A stretch of DNA of 64,000 nt, taken from contig CAVZLN010000005.1 in the NCBI GenBank assembly GCA_963776245.1, positions 1-64,000 of the forward strand, read 5' to 3'. Positions 41,116 through 50,310 of this stretch are shown piece after piece. The DNA is from Candidatus Eiseniibacteriota bacterium (GTDB lineage Bacteria; Eisenbacteria; RBG-16-71-46). Both the position numbers and the translations under genes were made by a program. Each line of letters begins with the position of its first letter. The stretch's first letter is position 1. The notes beneath the pieces are model-generated. The model did not search any database, had not been told where the DNA came from, and saw only the letters and a program-made list of their open reading frames with translations.

Positions 41116-42906
41116 TCAGGGCGTCCAGACCAGCCGCTGGCCGCGGGTCCCCCACGGCGTCGCGAGCCGCACGAAGTAGAGCCCCGCCCCCACGCGTCCG
41201 CCGCCGTCCGCGCGGCCGTCCCAGCGATAGGTGTGCGCGCCGGCCGAAAGCGACCCGCCGGTGCTCCACACGCGCCGCCCCGCGAGATCGAGGATCTCGA
41301 GGCGCGCCGCGCCCGCTGCCGGGAGGGTGAAGCCGAGCGCGACGGTCTCGCGGCCGGGGTTCGGCTGCGGGCGCGCCAGCATCAGCCCGGCCGGGCCTCC
41401 ACGGCCCACCCCCGCGGGATCGATCAGGCGGAACAGGGTGTCGCTGGCGACGCTCGCCTCGTTGAGCGCGGGATCGAACGCGGTGATCCGCACCAGCGCG
41501 CTGTCGCTGACCTGATCGGGCAGCGTCCACGAGGTCGAGCCGGTGTTGCCGAGGCCGTGCGCCACAGCCAGCCACGGCCCCGCGGGGCCCGAGAGCGAGT
41601 AGTCCACGTTCACCGAGTCCACGCCCACGCTGTCGGTCGCCACCCAGGTGACGCTCTGGGTGCTGCCCTTCGGCCACGTCTCGCCGCCGAGCGGCGAGGT
41701 CAGCGCCACCGCGGGCGCCGTGACGTCCACCGGCCGCACCAGCGTGACCGAGTCGATCGCCACTCCCAACGAGGTGATCGCCTTGAGGCGCAGCGTGCCG
41801 CCCTCGATGTCGATGGTGCAGAACTCGTTCACCGCCTGGGCGAACACCACGTTCGCGGCCGGCAGCACCGGCGCCACCAGCGGGGCGCCGCCGCCACCGG
41901 TGGTGACGTGCTGGACGCCGTTCACCACGGCGCGCGCGTAGTAGTGGTTGTGCCCGCAGAACACGATGGACACGTCGTACAGCTCGCACAGCGGCTGGAT
42001 GAGGGTCTGCACCGCGGTGTTGTTCGCGTGCCCGCCGCCCGCCGACCAGCCGGGCTCGTGCAGCAGCACGATCTTCCACGGCTTGGTGCTGGCCGCGAGG
42101 TCGGCGGCGAGCCACAGCAACTGCGCGGACCCCGCGCCGTAGGCGGTGTACTGGTCGAGCACCGCGACGTGGACGGGGCCGTAGTCGAACGACCAGTAGC
42201 GCCCGGCAACGAACGGATAGGGGAAGTACTTCACGTAGAGATCGCCGATGCCCTCGTGGTTCCCCATGGTCCCGAAGTAGGGCACGGTGGCCATCAACTT
42301 GCGCACGTCGGCGAGCGTGGGGCTGAAGAACTGGGAGAGCCAGTCGCCCTCGCTGGTGCCGGTGGTGACGTAGTCCCCCATGAACAGCGTGAAGGTCTGG
42401 CGCGCCGGGTCCGCCGTGACCGCCGAGTTCATGGCGCGCGCCACTGCGTTGTGGACGTCGGCGTACGTGCGCGTGTCGCCGTAGGCCAGGAACTTGAGGT
42501 TCTTGGCTCCGCGGGAAGGCGCGGCGATGAACGAGCCGCCGTGGGTGACGCCGTAGGTGATGACGCGGTACAGGTAGCGCGTGCCCGGCGTGAGCCCGGT
42601 GATGGTGTAGGTGTGCTGGTTGTCGGGCCCGTACGCCGAGGTCACCACGCTGCCGAGCGAGTAGGTGGAGTCGGTGCCCCACTGCAGGTTGGACGTCCAC
42701 GCGGTGGAGAGCTGCCACAGCACCTGCATCTGGGTCGGGTCACCGCGATAGATGAGGTAGGGCTCCTTGCGAGCGAGGTCCACCATCGCTTCGCTCGGCC
42801 CGGCGGGCACCGCCACCGCCGCGGCCGGTCGCACGCCCATCCACCCCAGCACCACCACCAACACCCACAGGGGACGGAGTCCCCGCGCATTCGATCTCGC
42901 CGTCAC
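41116..42906 (-). CDS. Purple-acid-phosphatase-like metallophosphoesterase with FN3, Ig-like and FlgD-Ig domains
   Basis: 'YGD', 'GDY', 'GNHE', 'GHNH' motifs; tail 'PNP...DLAGR...GLYFVRL'; start uncertain (42906 GTG or 42960 ATG). Confidence 0.85.
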   Translation of the reverse strand: MTARSNARGLRPLWVLVVVLGWMGVRPAAAVAVPAGPSEAMVDLARKEPYLIYRGDPTQMQVLWQLSTAWTSNLQWGTDSTYSLGSVVTSAYGPDNQHTYTITGLTPGTRYLYRVITYGVTHGGSFIAAPSRGAKNLKFLAYGDTRTYADVHNAVARAMNSAVTADPARQTFTLFMGDYVTTGTSEGDWLSQFFSPTLADVRKLMATVPYFGTMGNHEGIGDLYVKYFPYPFVAGRYWSFDYGPVHVAVLDQYTAYGAGSAQLLWLAADLAASTKPWKIVLLHEPGWSAGGGHANNTAVQTLIQPLCELYDVSIVFCGHNHYYARAVVNGVQHVTTGGGGAPLVAPVLPAANVVFAQAVNEFCTIDIEGGTLRLKAITSLGVAIDSVTLVRPVDVTAPAVALTSPLGGETWPKGSTQSVTWVATDSVGVDSVNVDYSLSGPAGPWLAVAHGLGNTGSTSWTLPDQVSDSALVRITAFDPALNEASVASDTLFRLIDPAGVGRGGPAGLMLARPQPNPGRETVALGFTLPAAGAARLEILDLAGRRVWSTGGSLSAGAHTYRWDGRADGGGRVGAGLYFVRLATPWGTRGQRLVWTP

Positions 42907-43165
42907 GGCGTTCCTCACGGTCTCCCTGGACGGTCGCGCCGATCCGTCCGCTCCGCCCATGGCGATGGCCGGATCCGATCACCCCGGGGTCATGCGCGGC
43001 GGTGAAGAGACACCGCGGGCAGCATGGACACCTTCTCGATCGTGGACGAGTTGGCGGGCGCGGTCAGGGGTAGGGTCTCGACTCGGGGGGGACAGCCTGA
43101 GGGCCGTCGTCCCTCAAGCATAGGCCCCGGAGCGGGATCCCCACAATGGGGAGCCCAGGGGCGGC

Positions 43166-43654
43166 CTACTCCAGCCCGGGAGACGGGTCGGCCGGGGCCC
43201 GCCGCTTCCGGCGGAAGAACTCGCGCAGCAGCTCGCCGCATTCCGCGGCGAGCAGGCCGCTGGTGACGTCCACGCGGTGGTTGAGGCGCGGCTCGTGGAT
43301 GACGTCGGTCACCGAGCCGCAGCCGCCCGCCTTGGGATCGAACGCTCCGTACACCAGCCGCCCGAGCCGCGCGAGCACGATGGCCCCGGCGCACATCGAG
43401 CACGGCTCGAGGGTGACGTAGAGCGTGCACTCGTGAAGCCGCCACGAGTGGAGCGCGTTCGAGGCCGCGCCGATGGCGAGGATCTCGGCGTGCGCGGTGG
43501 CGTCGTGCAGGCCCTCGACCTGGTTGTGCCCGCGGCCGATCACGCTGCCCTCGTGCACGATCACGCAGCCCACCGGCACCTCGTCGGCGGCCTCCGACAG
43601 GCGCGCCTCGCGGAGCGCGGCCTGCATGCCCTGCTCGTCGTCGCGGATCAGCAC
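43166..43654 (-). CDS. tadA: tRNA adenosine(34) deaminase
   Basis: 'EVPVG', 'HAE', 'LYVTLEPCSMC', 'GA.DPK.G', 'LNH', 'FFR'. Confidence 0.95.
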   Translation of the reverse strand: MLIRDDEQGMQAALREARLSEAADEVPVGCVIVHEGSVIGRGHNQVEGLHDATAHAEILAIGAASNALHSWRLHECTLYVTLEPCSMCAGAIVLARLGRLVYGAFDPKAGGCGSVTDVIHEPRLNHRVDVTSGLLAAECGELLREFFRRKRRAPADPSPGLE

Positions 43655-43668
43655 CGGTCGGCGCGGGG

Positions 43669-44418
43669 CTACGGCGTCTGGGGCGCGGCGCTCGCGGGCG
43701 CGGGCGCGGCCCGGGACGGGAACTCGGTCGCCAGGCGCGTGAACAACCGCGTCAGCACCTCGGCGAACGACGGCGCACCGCCCTGGTTGGTGAGCGGCTG
43801 CAGGCCGAGCGCGGTGCCGCTCACGCCGAGCACGCCGGCACTGGGATCGTGGTAGGGCCCCTCGCCGGTCTCGTTGCCGGTGGCGGTCCACAGCAGGTGA
43901 CCGAGCGAATCCACCAGTGCGGCACTCACCCGCACCGTGGTCGATGGCCGGCCCGCCTCGTTCCATTCCATCTGGCGCCGCTCCCACAGGTCCACCCGCA
44001 CCGCCAGCAGGCCATTGACGCGCAGGCGCGCGCACAACTGCGGCGCGAGCAGCGAGTCCACGCGGGGCGACTTGAGCAGCCCGGCGCGCGCGCTCTTGAG
44101 GAGTTCCTCGCCCGCGGGGTCGCCGCGCACCACCTCGCGCACGGTCGGCGCCGACAGCCAGCGGTGCCCACTGGTGTTGAAGGTGGCCCCGACGGCCTGC
44201 GCCACCATCAGTTCGGCCTCGGCGCTGCTGTCGAAGGTCGAGACCGGCAGCATCGCGATGCCGGTGACACCGAACGAAGCGAAATCGGGGCGGGTCCACA
44301 CCTGATCGACGGACTTGGGCTTCTTGGGCGCGGCCAGCGCGACGGACGCGAGGGCGAGCGCCCACGCGACGAGGGCCAGGACGCGCAACACGCCTGCGGC
44401 GGGACGTGCGCGACGCAT
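43669..44418 (-). CDS. Exported hypothetical protein
   Basis: Signal peptide; ATG at 44418 directly after the upstream stop. Confidence 0.65.
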   Translation of the reverse strand: MRRARPAAGVLRVLALVAWALALASVALAAPKKPKSVDQVWTRPDFASFGVTGIAMLPVSTFDSSAEAELMVAQAVGATFNTSGHRWLSAPTVREVVRGDPAGEELLKSARAGLLKSPRVDSLLAPQLCARLRVNGLLAVRVDLWERRQMEWNEAGRPSTTVRVSAALVDSLGHLLWTATGNETGEGPYHDPSAGVLGVSGTALGLQPLTNQGGAPSFAEVLTRLFTRLATEFPSRAAPAPASAAPQTP

Positions 44419-44420
44419 GA

Positions 44421-44777
44421 TCAGTTCCCCCGGGGAGTCGCTCCGCCGGCATCCGCGATCGTCGTCTTCTCGACGACCGCGCTGGCGGCGCAGCGCGGGC
44501 ACTTGCCCGAATGTTCGACGGCCTGTCCGTCGGTCGGACACTTGTAGGCGACCGCGGTCTTCACCAGATCGATCTTGCACATGGTGCACTGCCCGGCGGC
44601 CTCGTAGTCCATGCCGCACTTCGGGCACTCGTAGACGAGCGTCTCCCGGTGCAGCACGGGGATGGCCTTGGGACCCTCGTCGACCTTCCGGCCGTCCAGC
44701 GCGGCGCGGGCGCCTTTCGTCTGGCAGCCGGAGATGGTGAGCATCGCGAGGAGGAGGAGGACGGCGAGCCGGGTCAT
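44421..44777 (-). CDS. Lipoprotein with two heavy-metal-binding-like Cys motifs
   Basis: Lipobox ISGC; 'YECPKC...GQCTMC', 'YKCP...GKCPRC'. Confidence 0.75.
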   Translation of the reverse strand: MTRLAVLLLLAMLTISGCQTKGARAALDGRKVDEGPKAIPVLHRETLVYECPKCGMDYEAAGQCTMCKIDLVKTAVAYKCPTDGQAVEHSGKCPRCAASAVVEKTTIADAGGATPRGN

Positions 44778-44855
44778 GGCATTCCCTCAGGCGGGGTGGG
44801 ACGACATGCGGCCGGGGGATGCGAGCATGGTAACCCGCGGTGCGGCGGAGGAGAA

Positions 44856-44932
44856 TGGCGCGCCCTGGAGGATTTGAACCCCCAACCTTCTGGTCCGTAG
44901 CCAGACGCTCTATCCAATTGAGCTAAGGGCGC
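44856..44932 (-). tRNA. tRNA-Arg(ACG)
   Basis: GCGCCCTTAGCTCAATTGGATAGAGCGTCTGGCT-ACG-GACCAG...GGTTCAAATCC...GCGCGCCA, 77 nt. Confidence 0.96.
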
Positions 44933-44953
44933 ACCCCGACGATACGGGCACTC

Positions 44954-45045
44954 TGGCGGAGAGGAGAGGATTCGAACCTCCGGACCGGTTTTACCCGATC
45001 AACCGCTTAGCAGGCGGCTGCCTTCGACCACTCGGCCACCTCTCC
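44954..45045 (-). tRNA. tRNA-Ser(GCT)
   Basis: GGAGAGGTGGCCGAGTGGTCGAAGGCAGCCGCCT-GCT-AAGCGG, long variable arm, TTCGAATCC, CCA. Confidence 0.96.
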
Positions 45046-45055
45046 AAGGTATTGC

Positions 45056-45141
45056 TGGCGGAGGGAGTAGGATTCGAACCCACGGAGCTTACGCTCAGCG
45101 GTTTTCAAGACCGCCGCCTTAAACCACTCGGCCATCCCTCC
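45056..45141 (-). tRNA. tRNA-Ser(TGA)
   Basis: GGAGGGATGGCCGAGTGGTTTAAGGCGGCGGTCT-TGA-AAACCG, long variable arm, CCA. Confidence 0.96.
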
Positions 45142-45339
45142 GTACGACGGGTCCGCCTTGCGGCTTGTCTCGAAGCGCTCCAACGGCTCGCGGAATGTCG
45201 CCCGCTCCCACCGCCACGGGTGCCGTCCCTCTCCGAAGGCCAAGGGAGCGAACCGCATCCGCGTACCGGGCGGGGAATCTAGCATCGTGGCGGCGGTAGG
45301 CGCAAGGCGGGGAGCGCCCCTCCCGCTCGTCTCCCCGCG

Positions 45340-46059
45340 CTACCCCGGCTTCCGCCCCAGGATCAGTCCCTCGTCCGGGTCGAGCCCGAAGTGGCGCGCC
45401 GCGTCCTCGCCCAGCACGCGCCCGAACGCCACGCACTCGATGTCCCAGCCGCATGCGCGCAGGCGGTCGAAGAAGTCGCGACCGTACACGCGCACGTGGT
45501 CGCTCTGGCCGAACAGCCGCTGGCGCTCCGCGGGGCTGGTGGCGCTCGGGTCCTCGAACGTGGACGCGCGCGCCATGTCGATCGGCGTCTGGAGCACCGC
45601 CCAGCCTCCGGGCGCGAGCACGCGCAGCAGTTCGCGCATCGCGGCGCGATCGTCGGGGATGTGCTCGAGCACGTGGCTGCAGAACACCGCGTCGCGCGAA
45701 GCGTCGGGCAGCTCGAGGCGCGTGATGTCCATCCGCCGCATGGCGAGCGGGCTCTCGAGGTCCACGCTCAGGTAGTCGAGGTTCGCGCGCGCGCGCAGCG
45801 TGTCCTGCAGGAACTCCTCGGGCGCCACCACCAGCACCCGGCGCCGGGCGGTCAGCAGGTCGGTCGAGCGCTGCAGCCACAACCACACCATGCGGTGGCG
45901 CTCGAGCGAGCCGCAGCGCGGGCAGCGCGCATTCGGACGCCGGTCGGGCCCGCCGGGCAGGAACCCGCGGAAGCGCCCGCCGCAGCACGGGCACTCCACG
46001 CGCCCGCCCTGCATCATCAGCGCGACCAGGCTCCACGCGAGCTTCCGCAGGTTCGACAT
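45340..46059 (-). CDS. Class I SAM-dependent methyltransferase with N-terminal Zn ribbon
   Basis: 'CPCC...CPRCGSLERHR', 'CSHVLEHIPDD', 'FGQ.DHVR.YG'. Confidence 0.88.
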   Translation of the reverse strand: MSNLRKLAWSLVALMMQGGRVECPCCGGRFRGFLPGGPDRRPNARCPRCGSLERHRMVWLWLQRSTDLLTARRRVLVVAPEEFLQDTLRARANLDYLSVDLESPLAMRRMDITRLELPDASRDAVFCSHVLEHIPDDRAAMRELLRVLAPGGWAVLQTPIDMARASTFEDPSATSPAERQRLFGQSDHVRVYGRDFFDRLRACGWDIECVAFGRVLGEDAARHFGLDPDEGLILGRKPG

Positions 46060-46174
46060 GCGCGCACTATCGCCGCGCGCGCGCGCGGCGTCCAGCGCGG
46101 GCGAACCGCGGCGGAACGCGGCACGGCGCGCGAGCCCTGCGGCCACGCGCGCCGTGCTCGTTCCGATCGGCTGA

Positions 46175-46741
46175 CTACTTGGCGCCGGGCGGCGGTCCCT
46201 TCGGCGCATCCCAGGCCGAGGGCGGCGGGAAGTTCATGATCGAACCGGTCGCGGAGGCCGCCTGGTCGGGCGGCACCGCGGCGGGCACCTGGTGCCTCAC
46301 CGGCGGCAGGCTCTTCAGGTACGCCGCCAGCGCGTACGCGTCCTCGTCCGAGAGCGCGGTCAGGTTCGGCCACGGCATCGGCGGAAGCAGGGCCCGGCCA
46401 TTGGGCCGCATCCCGGTGCGCAGCGCGTCCACGATCTGCTTCTCGGTCCAGCTGCCGAGGCCGGTCTCGGCGTCGGGCGTGAGATTGCGCGCGTAGGAGA
46501 CACCCCACGGTCCGCGCCAGCCGAGTTCGGAGCCACTCAGACGGCGGGCGAAGTCGGGATCGCCGAACAGCGTGCCGGGCGTGTGGCAGTCATTGCAGCC
46601 ACTGGTGGTCGCCAGGTACTCGCCGCGCTTGATGCGCCGGGCCTGCGCGTCGTTCGCGGCGGGCGCCGCGGCGATGAGGGGCGCCGCGACCGCGAGAGCG
46701 AGCACGAGGGCGAGCATGGGGGTCCAACGGGTCCAACGCAT
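46175..46741 (-). CDS. Monoheme cytochrome c
   Basis: Signal peptide; 'RGEYL...CNDCHTP', 'NLTPD.ETG.G.W', 'PPMPW'. Confidence 0.9.
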   Translation of the reverse strand: MRWTRWTPMLALVLALAVAAPLIAAAPAANDAQARRIKRGEYLATTSGCNDCHTPGTLFGDPDFARRLSGSELGWRGPWGVSYARNLTPDAETGLGSWTEKQIVDALRTGMRPNGRALLPPMPWPNLTALSDEDAYALAAYLKSLPPVRHQVPAAVPPDQAASATGSIMNFPPPSAWDAPKGPPPGAK

Positions 46742-46988
46742 GAGACTCCTCCTGTGGGTAGGGAGGCCGACGATGTGGGCCTGACGAGGGGGCCAGGTCC
46801 GGAAGGCGAGCGCGGGGGTCCTGTTCCCGCCACTCCACTGCGGCACCGTTCGCGGGGAGCGACGGCCGCCCCGCGGCCGGCAATCTACACGATGGCGCAA
46901 GCCGGCACACCGGGAATCCATCCGCGCGGGAAAATGACCCGGGGCGCGCGGAGGGGATCCGCGCGCCCCGGGCTACCGCACGCGCGGT

Positions 46989-49223
46989 TCAGCGCCCGCG
47001 CCTCAGCACCGCCTTGCGCGCGACCTCGAGGCCATCCGCGCGCAGACGCACGAAGTACACGCCGTCGCGCACCCCCTGCGCGTCCCACGCGCGGGTGTAG
47101 GCGCCCGCGGGCATCACGCCCTGAGCGAGCGTCGCCACGCGGCGGCCGGCGATGTCGAACAGCGCCAGGTCCACGCTCCCCGCGCGCGGCAAGGTGAAGC
47201 TCACCGTGGCGCCCGCGCCGACCAGCGGGTTGGGATGGATCGCGAGCGAGACGCGGGTGGGAGTCGCGATCGGCGTGCTCGCGCCCGGGATGCTGGTGGC
47301 CAGCGACGCGCCGTCGGGCGCCGAGACCTCGGCGCTCGCGACCGTGATCTCACCGCCGTGCGTCTGCCCCGGCTTGAGCGCCAGGTCGAGGGTGAGCGGC
47401 ACCGTGGCGCCCTCGGCGACCGGCGCGAGTGCCACCAGCCCGACCACCACCTCGCCGTCCTGCACCTCGTGGAGCGCGAGCCACGACGATCCCGCGGTGC
47501 TGCCGAACGCGCTCAGGTCGTAGCGGTCGGCGGGGAATCGCAGCGTCATGCGCAGCGCGCCCACGTGGTCGGCATTCTCGAGCGTGATGGGCAGCGTGAG
47601 GTGGCTGTCCCCGCGCCCGGGCTCCCCGAAGCGCAGCGCCACCAGCGGGTCCTTGCGCTCGGGCAGGGTGTCCCCCGGCGCACCGTGCAGGATGGCGTGA
47701 GCGCAGCACAGGATGTCGGCGAGCGTGGCGCGCCCGTCGCCGTCGCAGTCATGACGGCCGGCGATGGAGTCCGCGCACGCGCCGCTCCCCAGGATGCAGT
47801 GCGCCATCACCACCAGGTCCCGCACGTCGCTGTGGCCGTCCCCGTTCGCGTCGCAGCTCGCCGCCAGGCAGACGTGCGCCCCGGCAACTTCCGGTCGCAT
47901 CGACAGGTCGGGGCACTCCAGCACCAGCCGCGCCAGCGAGTCGGCGCCGAGCAGCGAGTCGGCGCGGACCATCATCACCCGCTGCGGGTCCGCGCCGGGG
48001 GCGAGGCCCACGGTGATCTTCAGCACCGGCGGCGGCAGCCGGGTCGGGAACACCCAGATGCTGTCGGGCGGCAGGCAGGCCGGGATCGGCGCACCGCGGG
48101 TCGCGAACATCACGAAACGCGCGCCATCCACGGTCGGCACCCACTGCAGGTTCATGCCCGCCGCCGCTCCGACCGCCTCGAGATCGCGCACCACCAGGCC
48201 CGGGCTGGCACGCAGCACGCCCTGCAGGCCGGCGAGCCGGACGGTCGAGCGCACGCCGAGGGTGACGTCGCCGTCCTGACCGGGCGCGACGTAGGTGTTG
48301 CACGCGGTGCCGGGCTGCTGCGGACCCCAGTCCGCGATGAAGCAGTCCCGCGCCGTCCCGGTGCTGCAGCGCGCGCCGACGAGGAACGGGAACTCCGCCG
48401 CGAACAGCTTGCCCGGCGGGATCGAGTCCGCGCACGAGGTCACCCCGATCTGGACCCGGAGGGCGTACTGCCCGCGAGGCAGCGGCGGCAGCAGCGTGTC
48501 CACCGACCAGGGCGGCGCGTTCAGGGTGCACGCGCGGCCGAGGCAGGCGCCGTCGTCGAGCAGGATGCGCAGTATCGGCGGTCCGATGACCGTGAGCGGG
48601 GACGGCAGGAACTGCACGCCGCGCACCGACCAGCACCCGTCCGGGAAGTGCCCGGCGACGCGCACCGGGATGGGGCTGCCCGCGCACGCGACCGGCGGAC
48701 AGTCGTCGCAGGGCGGCGGCCCGCCGATGCGGACCACCTCGACGTTCGGCAACGGCCCCGGCGGGGTCGGGACGCACTCAGCCGTGACCGTGAAGGGCAG
48801 CGTGATGGTGGAGTCGAACACCAGGCTGTCGTGCGCGGTATTGGCGAGCGCGAGCACGGCGCGCAACTTCACGTCGACGTGATGGAACCCGGCGCTGAAC
48901 AGGCCGAGCGGGATCCGCAGGGTATCGGGCGGGCAGACCGTGAACGTCATGCACTCGTGGGCGTGCACGTAGATCCGCGCGTGCACCGAGTCGCTCGCTC
49001 CCCAGGTCACCGCGTCCACGCATGGCGGGCAACGGGGCACGACGGCCAGCAGCGTGACCGGCCGACCCACGCACGGCATGGGCGGGTCGAACTGCAGGCT
49101 CGGCACCGGTGTGGGTGGCGGCGTCGGCGTCCCGGCGAACACCCCGTGGGCGCTCGCGGCGGCCAGCAGCAGCAGCACCAGCGTGATCGAGAGGGAGAGC
49201 AGGGCGAAACGCAGCGACCGCAT
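46989..49223 (-). CDS. Cys-rich secreted protein with dockerin-like repeats and T9SS/FlgD-like C-terminus
   Basis: Signal peptide; 'DANGDGHSDVRDLV', 'DCDGDGRATLADIL'; tail 'PNP...FDIAGR...GVYFVRL'. Confidence 0.7.
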   Translation of the reverse strand: MRSLRFALLSLSITLVLLLLAAASAHGVFAGTPTPPPTPVPSLQFDPPMPCVGRPVTLLAVVPRCPPCVDAVTWGASDSVHARIYVHAHECMTFTVCPPDTLRIPLGLFSAGFHHVDVKLRAVLALANTAHDSLVFDSTITLPFTVTAECVPTPPGPLPNVEVVRIGGPPPCDDCPPVACAGSPIPVRVAGHFPDGCWSVRGVQFLPSPLTVIGPPILRILLDDGACLGRACTLNAPPWSVDTLLPPLPRGQYALRVQIGVTSCADSIPPGKLFAAEFPFLVGARCSTGTARDCFIADWGPQQPGTACNTYVAPGQDGDVTLGVRSTVRLAGLQGVLRASPGLVVRDLEAVGAAAGMNLQWVPTVDGARFVMFATRGAPIPACLPPDSIWVFPTRLPPPVLKITVGLAPGADPQRVMMVRADSLLGADSLARLVLECPDLSMRPEVAGAHVCLAASCDANGDGHSDVRDLVVMAHCILGSGACADSIAGRHDCDGDGRATLADILCCAHAILHGAPGDTLPERKDPLVALRFGEPGRGDSHLTLPITLENADHVGALRMTLRFPADRYDLSAFGSTAGSSWLALHEVQDGEVVVGLVALAPVAEGATVPLTLDLALKPGQTHGGEITVASAEVSAPDGASLATSIPGASTPIATPTRVSLAIHPNPLVGAGATVSFTLPRAGSVDLALFDIAGRRVATLAQGVMPAGAYTRAWDAQGVRDGVYFVRLRADGLEVARKAVLRRGR

Positions 49224-49401
49224 GGCGACACTCCCCGAGGCTGCAGGCGATCCCGCCTGCGCCGGGTGCGGAGCGCTGGGAGCGCTCCTGGAAGATGGAT
49301 TCCCCGGTCGGGAATACTTGAAGGCTAGACCCGGCGAGCCCCGGGTTCAAGGCCCGGACCGCGCGGGTTGCGAGCGCGCGCCCTGGTCCTGCGGCCCCAC
49401 G

Positions 49402-50310
49402 TCAGCCGCGCTTCCTCCCCACCATCACCACGCGGTCGCCGAACGCATTGAACGCGTTCGTGATGGGCAGGTTGATGGCGTCGACCGCAGCCATCGCGGC
49501 GCGCTGGAGCGCGCTCTTGTCCCCGTGGGCGCGGCCGGGTGGGATCTTGCTCTGCCGACACTCGATCACCTCGAGCCCGACCGCGCGGAACAGCGCGGCC
49601 AGCGGGCGTGGCGTGAATTCCCACAGGTGGTAGGGCGGCTCGTTCAGCACCAGCGTCCGCCCGAGCGCGCCGTAGGCCGCCAGCGCCAGCCGGCGCGCCA
49701 GCGAGTGCGTGGTGATCGGCCCGCGCAGGTAGAGCACGCCGCCCGGGCGCAGCACCCGCGCCACCGACGCGAGCACGCCGCGGCAGTCCGGCACGTGCTC
49801 GAGCACGTCGCCCATGTAGACCAGGTCGAACGCGCCGCCGGGGAGCGCCGCGTCGTCGAGCTCGCCCCGATGCACCTCCAGTCCGAGCGCGCGCGCGTGC
49901 GCGACCGCGGTCTCCGAGAGCTCCACCCCCTCGACCTTCCAGCCGCGCTCGGCCGCGTGACGCAGCAGCCAGCCGGCGGCGCAGCCCACCTCGAGCAGGC
50001 GGCCCGGCGCGCGCAGGCGCTCGAACGCGTCGAGCAGCCCGCGGTCCTCCTCCCGGTACATCGCCTCGTCGTACACGTCGGTGTCGCTGCGCCCGCAGCG
50101 GAAATCGCGCTCGAAGTAGGCCGCCGAGTAGAGCTCGCCGAGCGCCTCGCGCGCCGGTTGCACGGCGAGGAATCGCAGCCCGCATGCGCGGCATTCGACC
50201 AGCGGGAAGGTGCCGCGGAACTCGTAGCGCATCGCCAGCGGAGCGAGGCGCGCGCCGCCGCAGGCGAGGCAGCGCTCGAGGGACACGATGGCGAGCGGCG
50301 CTTCGCTCAC
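49402..50310 (-). CDS. Class I SAM-dependent methyltransferase
   Basis: CxxC pairs, 'LLEVGCAAG', 'DVLEHVPD'; overlaps the mnmA stop. Confidence 0.88.
   Translation of the reverse strand: MSEAPLAIVSLERCLACGGARLAPLAMRYEFRGTFPLVECRACGLRFLAVQPAREALGELYSAAYFERDFRCGRSDTDVYDEAMYREEDRGLLDAFERLRAPGRLLEVGCAAGWLLRHAAERGWKVEGVELSETAVAHARALGLEVHRGELDDAALPGGAFDLVYMGDVLEHVPDCRGVLASVARVLRPGGVLYLRGPITTHSLARRLALAAYGALGRTLVLNEPPYHLWEFTPRPLAALFRAVGLEVIECRQSKIPPGRAHGDKSALQRAAMAAVDAINLPITNAFNAFGDRVVMVGRKRG

Noticed and set aside
44856..45141. tRNA-anchored genomic island
   Set aside because: No integrase and no duplicated tRNA 3' end were noticed in the window.
46790..46815. SRP RNA (CAGGTCCGGAAGG)
   Set aside because: It lacks the following AAGCAGC and a convincing long hairpin; probably chance, though an Rfam scan would settle it.
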